64,000 bases of DNA from Dicyema japonicum. Lineage: Eukaryota > Animalia > Dicyemida. The stretch is taken from positions 579,556-643,555 of the forward strand of contig RDEW01000034.1 in NCBI GenBank assembly GCA_011109175.1, given 5' to 3'. The notes beneath the pieces were generated by a model. That model had not been told where the DNA came from and searched no databases. It worked only from the letters and a program-made list of their open reading frames with translations. The position numbers were made by a program, and so were the translations under genes. Positions 13,349-26,730 of this stretch are shown here, in pieces (the first letter of the stretch is position 1; the number at the start of each line of letters is the position of its first letter).

Positions 13349-13781
13349 ATGAAACTCGTGAGGTTATATAAATTTATATAATTCATAGTTTTCTTATGAA
13401 ATTAAGTCATGAGACAGTGACAATCGAATTAAAAAACTGTAGTCAAGTCCATGGAACGATAACAGGCATAACTATATTTAAATTTATAAGGTGTTGATAA
13501 CAGCATGAATACTCACCTAAAGAACGTAAAAATGACCACGAAAGGTGGGGACACGGTGCAATTAGACACTCTCTCAATCCGTGGAAACAACATCCGCTAT
13601 TTCATTCTTCCGGATAATCTGGCCTTGGACTCAATGCTGATTGATGATGGACCAAAAATAAAGAAGAGGTCTGAAGGTTAACTCATTTATATATTTCCAA
13701 GAAAGACAGGCTCAAATGAAAGTGGCTGGTAGGACTCGTATTGGAAGAGGCAGAGGAAGGGGTCGTTCAAGGGGACGATAA
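13349..13781 (+). CDS. SNRPD1: Small nuclear ribonucleoprotein Sm D1; exons 13349-13362, 13389-13465, 13491-13676, 13702-13781
   Basis: Spliced translation [118 protein letters not shown] is an Sm D1 with a C-terminal RG tail; introns are 26 nt GT-AG, 25 nt GC-AG and 25 nt GT-AG. Confidence 0.97.
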
Positions 13782-14139
13782 TTATTGTTACTTTCGTTTT
13801 TTAATCTTGTTGTTAAATATGGTTTATTGAGAATTATTTGCTTATATTTGTTATAGGGGGAAGATTGGGGATTTGAATAGGTGGTTACTAAGATCATAAG
13901 AACAATAATGAGGTATTATTTGGGGACCTTAATGGTGGAAAAGAAACGGCAACAACCAATGTACATTGGGGATACCCCCATTCGATATTTAATAAAGAGA
14001 AAATTGTCGGAATAACATACACTAATGATCTACTCAAAAAATTCTACCATTTTAAGACTAAGAAATTAGAATCTTGGAATTAATTTATTATTATCTAACT
14101 CCGAAAAATATAACACCGAAAAGAGGTAGTTAAACTATC

Positions 14140-16110
14140 TAATTAAGTGATCCAGGTAGATTTTAATAGGATAGAGAGCTTTTTGATGTGCTCCTCCATT
14201 GTACCCACAGCCTTTCTGAATCTACGACGTTCTTCTTTCATGAGAATTTTGAAAAGTGTGGGCTTTTTCACAATATATGAGTAGCGGAGGCTTCTATCAC
14301 TGATTGGTAGAAGCGATCGGACTCGGAGCCGTAGAGTGATCAAGTCGGAACCATTATTCCGGATAATCGTGTTGTCAAGTAATGGGAGAAATAATTGAAC
14401 AGAGAAATGGGTTTTTGCTGTTAGGGAATTTATCTTGCAGAAGTTTGAAATTGAAATTCCGTAAGCCTAGGAGGCACAAGCATACTCCACCTTCGGGTTC
14501 AAGAACTGATGGTACAAGATGGCATCATATTCCTGTGACGGTTGGGTCTGGAAGTTATAAATGTTTTTTATAACGTTGAGTTTTCTGAGGCACCTCAACA
14601 GAACGTCCTTCACTCGCTGGAAGAAAGAGAGTTAGGGTTCTAGGGTCACTCCCAGTATTCTTGGATATGTTTTTATTGGAATAATATCTCCATAAAGGTC
14701 GATTTCAAACGTATCTTTTTGTCTCCTGTCGCTGGTAATAATTGCATAGGAAGATTGTTAGTGGACACAGAAAGTCGGTTTTAACGTTTAGGTATGAATG
14801 AAGTTCTGATTTTGTCAACGTATTTGTTTCTGCTCGCAATAATTATTAGATCATAAACATGTTTGAAGTATTTAGTCCGGACCTCCAGTACAAGGTAAGT
14901 CGTTTTAAGTTAAAAAAACGCCAGAGAAAGGGGCGATCCCTGAGGGACACCATACGGGAGGAGACAAGAGCTCGACTTTGAATATCCTATACACACACGT
15001 CCCCTTCGTCCGGTAAGAAAATTGGCTATCCGTCGCTTTAAAGTTGGATGAATGGAGTTAGTAGGATTCTCGGGACTAAATAAAAATTTCCTTTGGATGT
15101 CTAACGAGACTAGTACTATCTGTAGATGCCTTTTGGGTTCTTTAAAGCTTTCTGAGATAAATAGTTTCAAGGAAGTTAAGTGTGTTGTTGTAGAAGTTCT
15201 GACCTGAATCCGTGTTGGTAGTAACAAAAGGGAAAATGAGGTTTAATTTTCCAAAGTACGTGTTTTTCCATAGACGCGATAGCACACGGATTAGGGATAT
15301 CGGACAGTAAGATGAAGGTGAGACTTTCGGTTTCCTGTTTTTAAGACAGTTATGATATGTGAGTTCTTCCATTTACTGGAGATAGAGTTCGTGTCTGAGG
15401 ACAAATTAAAAATTGTAGTAACCGATCTGATTGCAATCTCTCCAAGAAACTTTAGCAGAATTCCAGGAATACAATCTGGACCAGACGTATATGACTTATG
15501 GATCTTGATGCCTGTGTAACCTCGGCATGGGTAGAAAGTTATATCCATGAATATAGTTTAGGTACCAAATTACGTAGGGGACAGGAGTGACTCTTCGAGA
15601 AGTCATTGTGACTTTTTTGCCCAGCCTGATTTCTTATAGTTCTTGAAGGTGGCTTTGTTCTTATGTGGGGATTTGAATGGCACAACTTTAGTATAATTGG
15701 ATTATGATCACTATGGAACTCATAGGAAACGTTCAATGAAATTAGAGGGGCACAAAAGAGGAAGAAATTGACAGATAAGGTGAAGTTGGGTTATCATTTT
15801 ATGGTGTCTTTGTGTGGATGTTTGGGTGGTTTAGAATTACCATTTTTCGAAAGAGTCAACAATTAGAGTACCTCTCTTGTCGGTCGATTAGTAAGTTAGC
15901 CATTGGGAGTATAATGCGATATGCGATATAGTCCACCGCCATTTCCAAGTCGGTCTATTCTGATGACGGTAAATCCAGAAAATAATGTGATTACAATCCT
16001 TGTAGAAAGTTTAGATTCTTGGATAAAGCAAATGTAGATTTTGTGTTTCGTCAAAAGACTGCGTAGCTCTATGATCTTTGATTTTATACCGTTAGCATTA
16101 AGCTGCATAA
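14140..16110 (-). mobile_element. Degenerate Jockey/I-like LINE (APE + RT)
   Basis: IMQLNANGI..IQESKL, RIDRLGNGGGL, SDHNPI, SGPDCIPGILLK, SYCPISL, GVPQGSPLS; multiple frameshifts. Confidence 0.85.
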
Positions 16111-16281
16111 TAATGAGGATTTGTGGTGACTTCAATACGAACCACTCATTGTGATTGATAGTAAAAACCCATGACAAAAAGGGGGAAGATGATAATTGAG
16201 GACCTTCAAGGTTTCTGCATACTCAACGATCCGGCTTTCCATACAAACACACACACTCGACGAAACAATAAACCCTCTTCT

Positions 16282-17150
16282 ATAGAAATCTCATGGCTCT
16301 TCTTATTGACTGGTCTGTGAAATATGACACCAGGAGTGACCAAAATATTTTTGGAAATCAAAACGAGGTGATAATTAATTACAGCCTTGCGAACTGGTCT
16401 CTGAACTAGTGACATGGGCAACTTAAGAATGCTGGATGCTTCTATGTGTGGGATTCCTAAAGAACTCTACGAAACAACTTCACTGGGACAAACTTTTATG
16501 CTCAAAGACTATTGATGAGATATAACTTGGCACGTCTGTTTCTACATGGACGAACCGAAGTGTTGCAGGACTCACATCATTCTCATGCAACTCATTTGGG
16601 ACACTTGATGACGAAGCCACAAGAATTGTGGTTTGCTTCCGCCTCGAAATAGATGTTTGTGTGATCAATAGCTGTAGATGTGGAAGAATGTCGACGATAA
16701 AAGTATTCACTCTCTCTTTTGCAGGAAGAGTCGTTAGAGGATTCCGAGAAGCAGTTAAATCATCTGAGTTATTGGTGGACAGGACGATTTTGTGTCAAGT
16801 TGGAGCCTATCGGATTTCCTTCAGCCAACAAAAAGTATGAAGAAACAAATTTCTTCCCATAAGAAAGTGGTAGATACGCCACTTGTTTGGATTCTCGGAT
16901 ATCCTATTTGGACATCTAACACAGACTCAGCCTCGGAAAAGACAGATACCATAAAGATGAAGAATTTCGAATGTAACAATGGAAAGTTCATTTTTGAACC
17001 ATTCACCATGGAAACGGCAGGAATCATAAGAAGCATGTCTCTGACCCTGATAAACAGATCAAGAAAAAGAAAAAGGATAGAAGAGAAAAAAGCTGACCCA
17101 TTGAGAACGCAATTCCATGCACATCATCGGACCTATTCAATGATTGTAAA
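16282..17150 (+). mobile_element. Decayed CRE-like 3' half; part of an inverted duplication of 55500-57457
   Basis: RLEIDVCVINSCRCG and FIFEPFTMETAGII motifs; reverse complement closely matches 56580-57457. Confidence 0.75.
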
Positions 17151-17217
17151 CCTTTAGTTTTAGTCAAAAATTATTTTAATAAATATTTTATTTAGAGAAC
17201 CCAATCCAATCAAATTA

Positions 17218-18053
17218 TTAATAATCTAATTGAATGATAACTCCAATAATAATTAGAGCATTCAGGAAATGAATAATATTGAATGCTGAATATATTATAA
17301 TTATACAATTTATTCCAATATTACTGCGATCTTTGGTGGTTAATTTTTCAGAATATTCATTGATCTCTTCTAGCTCATCTGTGTCCATGTCATCATCAGG
17401 AGGTATAGGAGTAATGGTTGTACTGGTGGTCGTAACAGTAGGTTGTTCTAATATTAAAAATTTATTAACCTCCAATTCTATTCAAAAAATTTGCTTTGTT
17501 TATCTCTTGAAGGAATAAAACTTGATCATCGGATAATATTCTTGCACTAAAATAATATTACATTATTAACCATCCACTTTCGTCCTGTAGTATATCAAAA
17601 TCTCGGGATTGAGGGTCTATTACTTCTTTTCCTCGCAAAATATTTTTTAACAGACATTTTAATATTTTCCAGTCAAGATCTATTAATATAAATTATCTAT
17701 ACTTCAGCATCTTGTAGCACTGTTACCGTTAAAATACTATCTCTGTAATCACAATTTTCTTGACCACGACTAAAAGAATTAATTGTTGTATTACCTTATT
17801 GTTATGCTAAGTTCAGGATTAATATTCTCTTCGGTTATAGTCATAACTTCTCCTAATGCCTAAGCATTAATGACACATTTTGACCGGTATGACAAAATCT
17901 ATCTCGTCTTCCTAATTGTTAATAAAGTAAATTACTGGGAAATTATCAAATTTCACTCTCACAGGGTATGGTGTGTATTGTTGTAGTGCTATTATTATAA
18001 AATGTAATACAAATCTCTATTATTCCTAACACAATTAATAAAAACCAGAACAT
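17218..18053 (-). CDS. Inverted solo copy of the 8-exon micro-intron surface-protein gene (one 1-nt frameshift in an A-run of exon 6)
   Basis: ATG at 18053; seven 22-25 nt GT-AG introns; reads MFWFLLIVLGIIEIS...EDEIDFVIP...EQPTVTTTSTTITPIPPDDD...LNALIIIGVIIQLDY*; the A-run at ~17665-17668 has 4 instead of 5 bases. Confidence 0.75.
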
Positions 18054-18174
18054 TTGAGTTTTACTGAAATTGGGTATTTATATAATTTATTGGTTTCTTG
18101 GAATTTTTTACTGCGAACAAGCATTTCTTGGAATTTTTATTAATGGCTTCCCTAATAAATTTACATAAATCTGC

Positions 18175-19033
18175 AATGCCTTCAATTCACTGAGAAGGGA
18201 TCAAATTTTCGAAACTACAAGCAAGTGAGCCCGGAACTTATTCAACTTGTCTACATCGCTTACGGAACCAATTCTTCACTGGTTTTCGGAGACAGTATTA
18301 TCTGTTCGGAGACTGGAGTCCAACAAGGGGACCCACTTGGTCCACTTTTCTTTACTCTGGCCATCGATGAAATTGTCAGCCTATCAACACACAACTAAAC
18401 CTCTGGTATCTTGATGATGCTACGATTGGAGGGCCGTGGAGAAAAGTTCATGACGTTCTGTCACAGGCCGTGCCAGCACTACGAAACCTCAAACTTGAGA
18501 TAAACATAAAGAAATCGGAAATAATAAGCATCACATACTCGGAGAGTGATTTTATCAACGTGGTCGAGTCTTTCAACTTGGTACTACCTGGAATTACTGT
18601 CGTACCCAGGGAGCGGACATACTTTCTTGGGTGCCCACTTCACGAAAAAGAACTGCGGAGCCATCTACTAACAAAAGAAGATGAACTCTCTAGAGTTACG
18701 GAGAAACTCTCCTTACTCGATGCTCATACAGCGTTTTTCCTTTTGAAAAACAGCATCGGCTTGCCCAAACTCATATACGCTCTCCGATGTTCTCTCTGCT
18801 TCAAACATCGTGACATCCTCCTGTCACTGGATTGGACATTGAGAAAATCAGCTGAATTGCTACTAAACATCAACTTTGACGTGCCGAGTTGGAATCAATG
18901 CAAGCTTCTTAAACGCCTCGGATGTCTTAGGTCGGGGCTGGATATCGCCTTTCCAGCATATGTGTCATCGCTTTCAAGCGGAAGCCTTTTGGTCCAAGAT
19001 TTCCTTCGGTCACAACATATTGGACTGAAATAG
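18175..19033 (+). mobile_element. CRE-like RT fragment
   Basis: AFNSLRRD, GVQQGDPLGPLFF, NLWYLDDATIGG and ORF 18470-19033 (LDAHTAFFLLKNS..PKLIYALR). Confidence 0.85.
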
Positions 19034-19089
19034 AGTTTTCGCTAACCAACGCTTCAGCGTTTGACTATAGCCTTCCACTTGTCCTTGTT

Positions 19090-19530
19090 ATTGAGGGTGT
19101 CTTGGTCTTCCATGAATATCTTTTTCCCCCAATCACATAATAATCTTGAAACTTCAGAGTTACAGAACTCTGCATTATCCGTATGTAAGGTTTCAGATGG
19201 CCCAACTGATTAAGTCATGTATTCAATAGCATTTTTTATATTTTGTGAAGTTTTGCTCATTAGTAGGAATGAATATGCAAATTTTGAGTAACGAGCTATT
19301 ACATTAATAATCCATTTATATTTTTTATTATAATATCTACGAAGATCTATACAATGCGCAAGAAATCTTTCGAAATTTTGTAAACGGTAACATTTGAATA
19401 TCCTCACCTTTTCTATTTTCAACGCTTTTCACGCTTAATCGATTTATTGACTCAAAATAAAATTTTTTGTTTATAATGAAAAAAAGGACCGATGCCTTGT
19501 AGCAAAACTTAAAGATTGTTAATGTTTTCA
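19090..19530 (-). mobile_element. Ginger2-like (retroviral-type DDE) integrase fragment
   Basis: IDLRRY..KYKWIINVIARYSKFAYSF..KTS and LHTDNAEF motifs, homologous to the integrase within 27146-32531. Confidence 0.65.
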
Positions 19531-19669
19531 AGTGATAAATTTGTCTTACAACCCGGACAGTATCAACAGCCTGGACGCTATGACATACGACATTTATTAA
19601 CCCAAGAACACCAATAGTTAATTTAATTACTTAAATTAATTAAGTGATCTCGACAGAGTGACAAAAAAT

Positions 19670-21050
19670 CAAGTCCAAGACTGGAGTCTAACAAGGAGAC
19701 CCACTTGGCCCTCTACTCTTTGCTTTGGGAATCGGCTGTGCATCATCTGCGATCAAAACTCCCTTGAACTTATGGTACCTTGATGACGTGACCATTGGGG
19801 GGAGTTGGGAAATTGTTGTGGAAGAGGTTAAACGCGTCATCCCTGTCCTCGCGGCATCGGACTGGAGCCGAATCCATCGAAGTGCGAAGTTATTAACGTG
19901 ACCTGTGGAGAGGACACCTTTGAACGCGCAATAACGACCATTTCTACTTGCCTTCCAGGACATCAAAGTCACCCGACTAGAAAAGGCGATCTTCCTCGAA
20001 TCTCCTCTGTATGACATGTCAACTGTCATGGAGGAGAAGAGTGAATCCGTACAGCTGCTCACGCACAATCTAAAGGTTTTGGACTCCCACATTTCTCTCT
20101 TCATCCTCAAGAATTTTCACCTTACACCACGACTCCTTTTTTTTCTACGGACATCCCCATGTTTAACAGACATGGATTTCTTGAGAGTTATCGATGAGAA
20201 GCTGAGGATCTCTGTTGAAGAAACACTTAACATCTCTCTGGATAAAGCAGGGGTGGACCCAATGCAAGTTACCACTTCGTTATGGAGGAATTGAGATACG
20301 CTCGCCACTTGAACTCGCCCTCCCAGCCTTTCTGTCTTCAACATATGCTTCCCGTGGTCTAGTTCACCAGATCCTACGCTACATTAACGGATCGGACACT
20401 GAACCAATTGCATGCATGGCTCACGATGTTTGGATTGGACTTAATTTGGGACTCCCGAAGAACTTCAACAAACAACGAGACTGGAACGAACTTGTATGTT
20501 CGGACTCCACGCACTTTCCTGCCGAAAGAGCGCTGGAAGGAGCCTGAGACATAGTGCAATCAACAAGGTTATTGCGTGGGGACTAGAAGCTGCCGGATTC
20601 CCCGTCCAGCCCTAGGGCTTGCCACGGCAAACAGAAGGCCGGATGGAGCGACTCTGTTCCCGTGGGATGCTGGGAAGTACCTGGCCTGGGATGCCACCTG
20701 CGTAGATAGCTTCTCCCCTTCCAATATTACAATGAGTGCGACAAATCCAGGCTCAGCTGCAGAGAAAGCAGAAATACTAAAAGCAAAGAAGTACACATGC
20801 CTCGGCGAGCAGTACACATTTGAACCAGTCGCAGTCGAAACTTCGGGAGTCATAGGAAGCAGGTCGTTTGCCCTGCTCAACAAAATTGGATCGTTAGTCA
20901 CTAAAAGGAAGAGGGATGTCAGAGAGAAGGGCTGGCTCATTGAGCGCATCTCCTTACAGATCGTAAGGGGAAATGCGCTCTCAATCCTGAAAGCAGCCAG
21001 TAGCCTTTAACTATTTGGTTTTATTCTTCAATAAATTGTTATTGATTTTA
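19670..21050 (+). mobile_element. CRE-like non-LTR retrotransposon 3' half (RT end + RLE endonuclease)
   Basis: QGDPLGPLLF, NLWYLDDVTIGG, KLPLRYGGI; ORF 20576-21010 has RPDG..PW..GK.LAWDATC and EPVAVETSG...IVRGNALSI; AATAAA and an A-rich tail follow. Confidence 0.9.
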
Positions 21051-21169
21051 AAAAAAATTAAAGTAATCGTTTAGTGTTTTTTTGCATGATCGATTTCTAT
21101 ATTTTTTTGAATTTTTATTAAATTTTCAAGCATATTTAAATCAAAATTTTCATTATGCGAAAATTATTC

Positions 21170-22753
21170 TTTGAGTTCCAAAACACTTTTTATCGCTTCT
21201 TTAAAAAATTAATCTTTCTTTTCACAATCTTCACTAATTGTTATGTCTAAATTGTTTAGCCGAAATATCACCATTTTCATTGTTTTGAAGAAGAAATTCA
21301 AAAAGTTCGTATTTCGAAGTACGTAAACTCTACAATTTCCTCTTCTTGAATTGGATCCGAGATCATTACTTTATCAATAATTTGTTCAAAATTCTTTTTT
21401 GGTCTCCCTTGGAAGTTCTTCAATGCTTTTTTTTCATTTGGCGTCATGAAAACATTTTGATATTGTACCCACTGACACATTTCTCCAGGCAAGATGAGAA
21501 AATGACTCCATCCTTTAGCGTTATTTTTATAACATTCAATATTTTCCTAACCAAAATTCATTTTTTCCATTATATTTTTAAATTTAAATTTGTTAAAATA
21601 AGATTTGAATGATCTAATAATCCCTTGATCCATTGGTTAAGCACAGTCGTCGTGTTTTTGGTAAATATAAAACTTCCATCATACTTAATTCGATTGTTAT
21701 TTTATGAAAGGACAATGGTCTACAACCAAAAGTATCCTTTGTTTTTGTTTGAGATTCATGTCCCATTTATACAACCATTCGTTGAAAATTTGCTTGTTCA
21801 TCAAGCCTTTGAAGAATTGTGGTATTGTAAATATTCATCAACGTTCATGTTTTTAAAACACTTTGGTTTCTTATACTTTCCTATCATCAATGGGGTTATT
21901 TTATCAGATCCAGTCATATTTGCGCAAAGCATTAATGAAAGTATGAAGATTAGCTAAAAATTTTTAAAAAGATCTTTAAGTAATTTTTGTCCTGATCTGC
22001 GTCTCCTGCATACACTTTTTGAAGGAATAGTTTTGTAAAAACACCGGTTTCGTCAGCATTATAAACATTTTCGGCACCATATTCATTTATTTTTGAGAGA
22101 TAATTTTTTTTAATTCTTCAATTTCTATTTTAAACTCATCCGCAGTATATCCCAATTCACCATGAAAAATTAGTAATTTTACATTGTGCCTTTTTTAAAA
22201 CTTTTGCAGCCATCCTTTACTTGATTTGAATTCAGAGAGTCCATTTAATGCAGCAAATTTAGTTGCTTTCGATAAAATTATCTCATCATTGATTCCATGT
22301 AATCCATCCAGGTAATGAATTCAGTATCAATTGATGAATATCTGAGTTTCGAAAAACGAGAACTTTCCCATAAATTGGATTAATTTCAAGAATCTTCTCT
22401 TTATTCAATTTAAGATCGTTCGTTTATTGCACGTCTCGAAATTGATTTTTTGAAACGCGTTGAAAAAATTTCTGAGACACGCCCTAAACTTAGAGAAGAG
22501 TTTTCAATAAGATAATTTATGACTTCTTTTTTTTGATCATAAGATAATCTAGAACACTTCCTCATGTTACGAAAAAAGACACGCGGCATAAATATTTGAA
22601 AAATTAATTTTTTTAATAATAAATTTTAATTTTTTAATACTAAAACGTGGCGAGTAAGAGAATTTGGCGAGCAATGGAATTTCCTTAATAAAATTGGAAT
22701 TTTTCCAATAAAATGGCGAGTTATAGAAATGGCGAGCAACAGAGGGTAAACTG
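21170..22753 (-). mobile_element. pogo/Tigger DNA transposon, degenerate, one terminus visible
   Basis: Terminus TA|CAGTTTACCCTC at 22753 with four TGGCGAG subterminal motifs; transposase starts at ~22565 with FKSSKGW and YGAENVYNADETG. Confidence 0.85.
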
Positions 22754-22999
22754 TATGGTAATTTCATTGTGATCGACAAAACGTGTGATTCTACCCACAC
22801 CTAAATAAAATTATGAACAGAAACTAAAAAAGTAACGTGATGTGTTGTTGTATTTTCTGCTTAATCATATTATTGAAGATTTTCTGCCTACATAAGTTTA
22901 TTAACGACGTTTGTCATGTCGAAAGTTTCTGTTTATTGAACTTATCATGTAAACAAAAAGTTTTCTCTTCGTAATAGAACTTTCGTCATTCTTAACTTT

Positions 23000-24560
23000 T
23001 GAGGCAGGACCTCACCTTGTATCATCGTTAACTAAACTCGTAAACACGTCTGCATCCAGGAACATACCTCCCATCCTCCGTGAACTTTTTTTCTTATTGT
23101 TTCCCTTCTCGAAGCCTGTTCACGGAGTCAAGCCTATTGCCGTTGGAAGCCTATTCTAAGACCTGCTTCAAAACTTTCGTTCGGGCGTGTCATCGATGAT
23201 CTGTCTTCCGAACTATAACCTGTATAACTCGGAGTGGGCGGCGAGTGAGTCCAACGCCTTCAAGAAGGTTTTGCTTTGGCAGTTGATTAGGTGCCCGTTC
23301 ATATTTTAAGGTTTTCAGTTGTTGGTATATAGAAGATGCTACGATCGGTTGTTAAACCAAGTCGGTTATGAAAATTCTAGAAAAACTTCTTCCCATTCTT
23401 AGCAGTATGGACTCGAGATTAATGCCCATAAATTTGACATTTGTAATCTGGGACTCTTGCAAGATGAATTCTTTAAATAACGATGCTGGATTATGTCTTT
23501 TCTCCCCAATGTCGCTACTACCGATGTGGGACATATTATGATATCAGGTTCACTCATCTCCACCTGGGATTATCCCTCATATTTTTAGTAAGAAACTATA
23601 GGAGATTATTGGAGCCACCGTTAAACTACACGAGTTTGATCCACAAGCTGCGTTTTTTCTCTTAAAAAATTATATTTTTTTTCAATATTAATGTTTTTGG
23701 GAGGTTCCTCTTTTGCTACATCTTTCCGGAAACCCTGAGAATTTCAACATTCTTATCTCCAAGTCTATTGAAGAAAATGTGTTACAATGGTAAGCCTGGG
23801 GTTAATAATAATACATGCATTCTTACACGTCAGATTTCGGGCATCAGCATAACTTGTGTTGTAGACGTTTCCTTGCCATTCTTCCTTTCCTCTTTATCAA
23901 GCAACATATTTCTTATCGGACTATTCTTCCAGATTCTTGCAAATTCACTTTAGACAAAAATACTGATGGGTTTAATTGCACCGTCAGGCTTGCATTCTGT
24001 CAGTCTTTTTCTCCCACAGCGGTCCTTGGCTGAACGCGTTTCCATCATCTTAGAAAGGTTCCTTTCTGGAATAGAACGCCCTCCTAAATATCCATCAGTT
24101 TCGTGATCGACTTATGCCAACCTACTTCATACGTTGTGGATCTGTTGTGGAATGCAAAGGGCTTCACCCTCTCTTGCCGTCTCAGAAGTTTCCAGTTCCC
24201 GATCATGTAGCCATCAACAGGCTCGATTTCCATCATATATGAAACTGGTGGGCCTGGACATATCCCGGACGGGGTAACTCTTCTTCTCCAGGGGAAATAC
24301 TTGATTTGGGATACCTTCTCCCAGTCGAGACTAATGGTTCTGCGTTGAAAGTTGGGGAGGAAGCTCGGACTTTCGAGAATTTCAGGATAAAAAATACACC
24401 AGATTCCATGTACAACTCGTTGTCGTCGAGACGAGCGGAGTTTTTGGGCCCAAGACTATCTTTTTTCTAAGATTACTTGGGTCAGTGATATATAAAGTGA
24501 GTAATGAGCGATTGTCAGGGGAAATAGCCATTCTATCCTATCAGCTGGATTAATTTAATA
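23000..24560 (+). mobile_element. Heavily decayed CRE-like element
   Basis: GVKPIAVGS, QAAFFLLKN, PDGVT..P..GKYLIWD and QLVVVETSGVFGP in broken frames. Confidence 0.7.
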
Positions 24561-25653
24561 AATTGTTTTTGTTAAAAAAATTATACTGTTATGTAATTCA
24601 AATCATTTGAGATACTTAACCAATATTGATTGTCTTACTAAACTTAATAATGAGTATAAAGTAACATTCCTAGTCTAACCAATCATACGCTATATTTACT
24701 AAAGTAAATTATTATAAATAATCACAGGTTAACACTCCCATCACACATTATTCTTTGTACAATTCGTAGTAATGTTGCAATTTGATCATCGTACAATATT
24801 CGCATAATGGATAGGTAACCTTTATTAAAGGTGCCCATTCTTGGTGTGATTTGTCAGTCTCCAATGAATCATCTTTTTTTACATTATTCTTGCAAGTACA
24901 CCTATCACTCATTTAAAATAACGCCAAATCTATTCATTAATGATGGAATGATCGCCGTAAAATCAATGAGGAAGTTAAAATACAATCAGGAAGTTGTGTT
25001 CTCAATTATATTTAAAATGAATGAATACACTTTTTTGCTTACTAATATATTTTATTGAACTTGTTGTATTCATATTTTGTTTTATAAATTATATATAGTT
25101 GAGTGCATGATGTAGACTAGGAAGTATTCAAATTAAACTACTATTTTTAGATTTTATGCTAATAATTTCACAATTTGATGGAATTTTAATTTTTAGAGTT
25201 TGGACGGACAAATCCGGACCTGCACATCTGACACATGCTTTTTTAGAACTTGTGGTTTATAACTGGCATGTCAAACACACACAAAAGATTTTTATACTGT
25301 CGACGACATTGGGGCTGACCATGTCTGAGACCACCAGAGAAAAGCAGTGGATATCTGTTAATTGCGTTAAATTGGCAGGCTGTGGTTAAGAGCGTTCTAC
25401 CTGGTCAGAAGACGTTCATAAGCTTAGACTATACACTCGCCTTTATATACGAACGTTCACATAACAACGATACTCTTGAGTGCTTCCACTTGTTTGTTGG
25501 AGCACTGGGCGCTTACGTCCATAACATGAAACTGAAATTGTTTCCCGACATTTGAAATTTAAACAAATTTTAAAACAATAATAAATTGTATCTTGTAGAA
25601 TCGTGCCGGTTATTATATTGTCTTTATAAAGCACTTGACTGACCCCATTTAGA

Positions 25654-25810
25654 ATGACATCTTCAAATAAGAAGAAAAGGAAACTTAAAGAAAGACAGTT
25701 ATTTCAAGAAAAATGTGAACTACAGTACTTTTGAACAATGGTTAATGCAAAGATATTGTTTAGATTGCAATAACAGCATCGCCACAACATAAGAGTACAA
25801 CTTAAAAATA
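25654..25810 (+). mobile_element. hAT (SPIN/GTF2IRD2-like) transposase N-terminal fragment
   Basis: MTSSNKKKRKLKERQLFQEK.ELQYF ... EYNLK resembles the N-terminus of SPIN/Charlie-type transposases. Confidence 0.6.
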
Positions 25811-26479
25811 CCTTATTTCCCAATACTTCGTCCAGAAGTTCCCAATACTAAACTTTGAATGGCATTGATCCAGACACCACTTTCAGGACATGCTCCGGTC
25901 AACATTTTGTTTGAGGACTCAACATCTTTTCGAAAGATTTCCGTGAAACAAAATCATCCTGAAATTGAGATAGTACAAACCCAGATCTTCCGTAGGTAGG
26001 TGACGTTAACGTCAGAGATAGATGGTAGAATAGTTCTCAGCAAGGACTGGGAGAACTACTAAATTTAACAGGTGTTGTAGCCCATTCCCGAGAAGCACAA
26101 GGAAAAGTCAATTCTTTATCTAATTAACTGTGTAATTAACTGAGATAAAATAATAATTTTACTTAATTATGAATCACACAATAGAGAAGTCTCAATATGT
26201 ACAAAACTTTATGATATTTCAGATTTTAAAAGTCAGAGAATTCGAATTTAACAAAAACTTATTTTTAAATTCGAACATTGAACGAGAAACATCAATCTTT
26301 TCTTAGGTTATGAGCGTGCGATCAATTACCGATTGCAAACTCCGTACACTAATAGACCACTTGGGAATCCTGTATTCTTCAGATTGAAGATCGCCTGTGT
26401 ATATGAAACCTACAATTCCTCAACGACTTATTAATTCATCCAGCAATGACCTAATCGCAACAGGAATCTAAGATATATT

Positions 26480-26730
26480 GTTTCTACTGTTTTCAAAAGG
26501 GCAAATATTCCGCTAATCAATAAATTATTCAATTATTCGTGGAGATTTGGACATATTCCTTTGGAAGATCCCAAAGAAAGGAAAGTCTATATCAAATGTA
26601 GAAAATTATAGATTAATTAGTCTTATCTGCAATATGTCATAGAATATGAAAAGAATAGTCTTTAATAAATTATTTTGAAGATATTCAATTTCTTTCGGAT
26701 CACCAATTTCGTCAAAATAGAGGAACTGGA
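26480..26730 (+). mobile_element. Short LINE RT remnant
   Basis: TVFKRANI and ENYRLISLICNMS..KRIVFNKL. Confidence 0.5.

Noticed and set aside
13895-14083. Open frame downstream of SmD1 (..VLFWDLNGGKET..)
   Set aside because: No start or splice model and no recognisable homology; cannot be supported.
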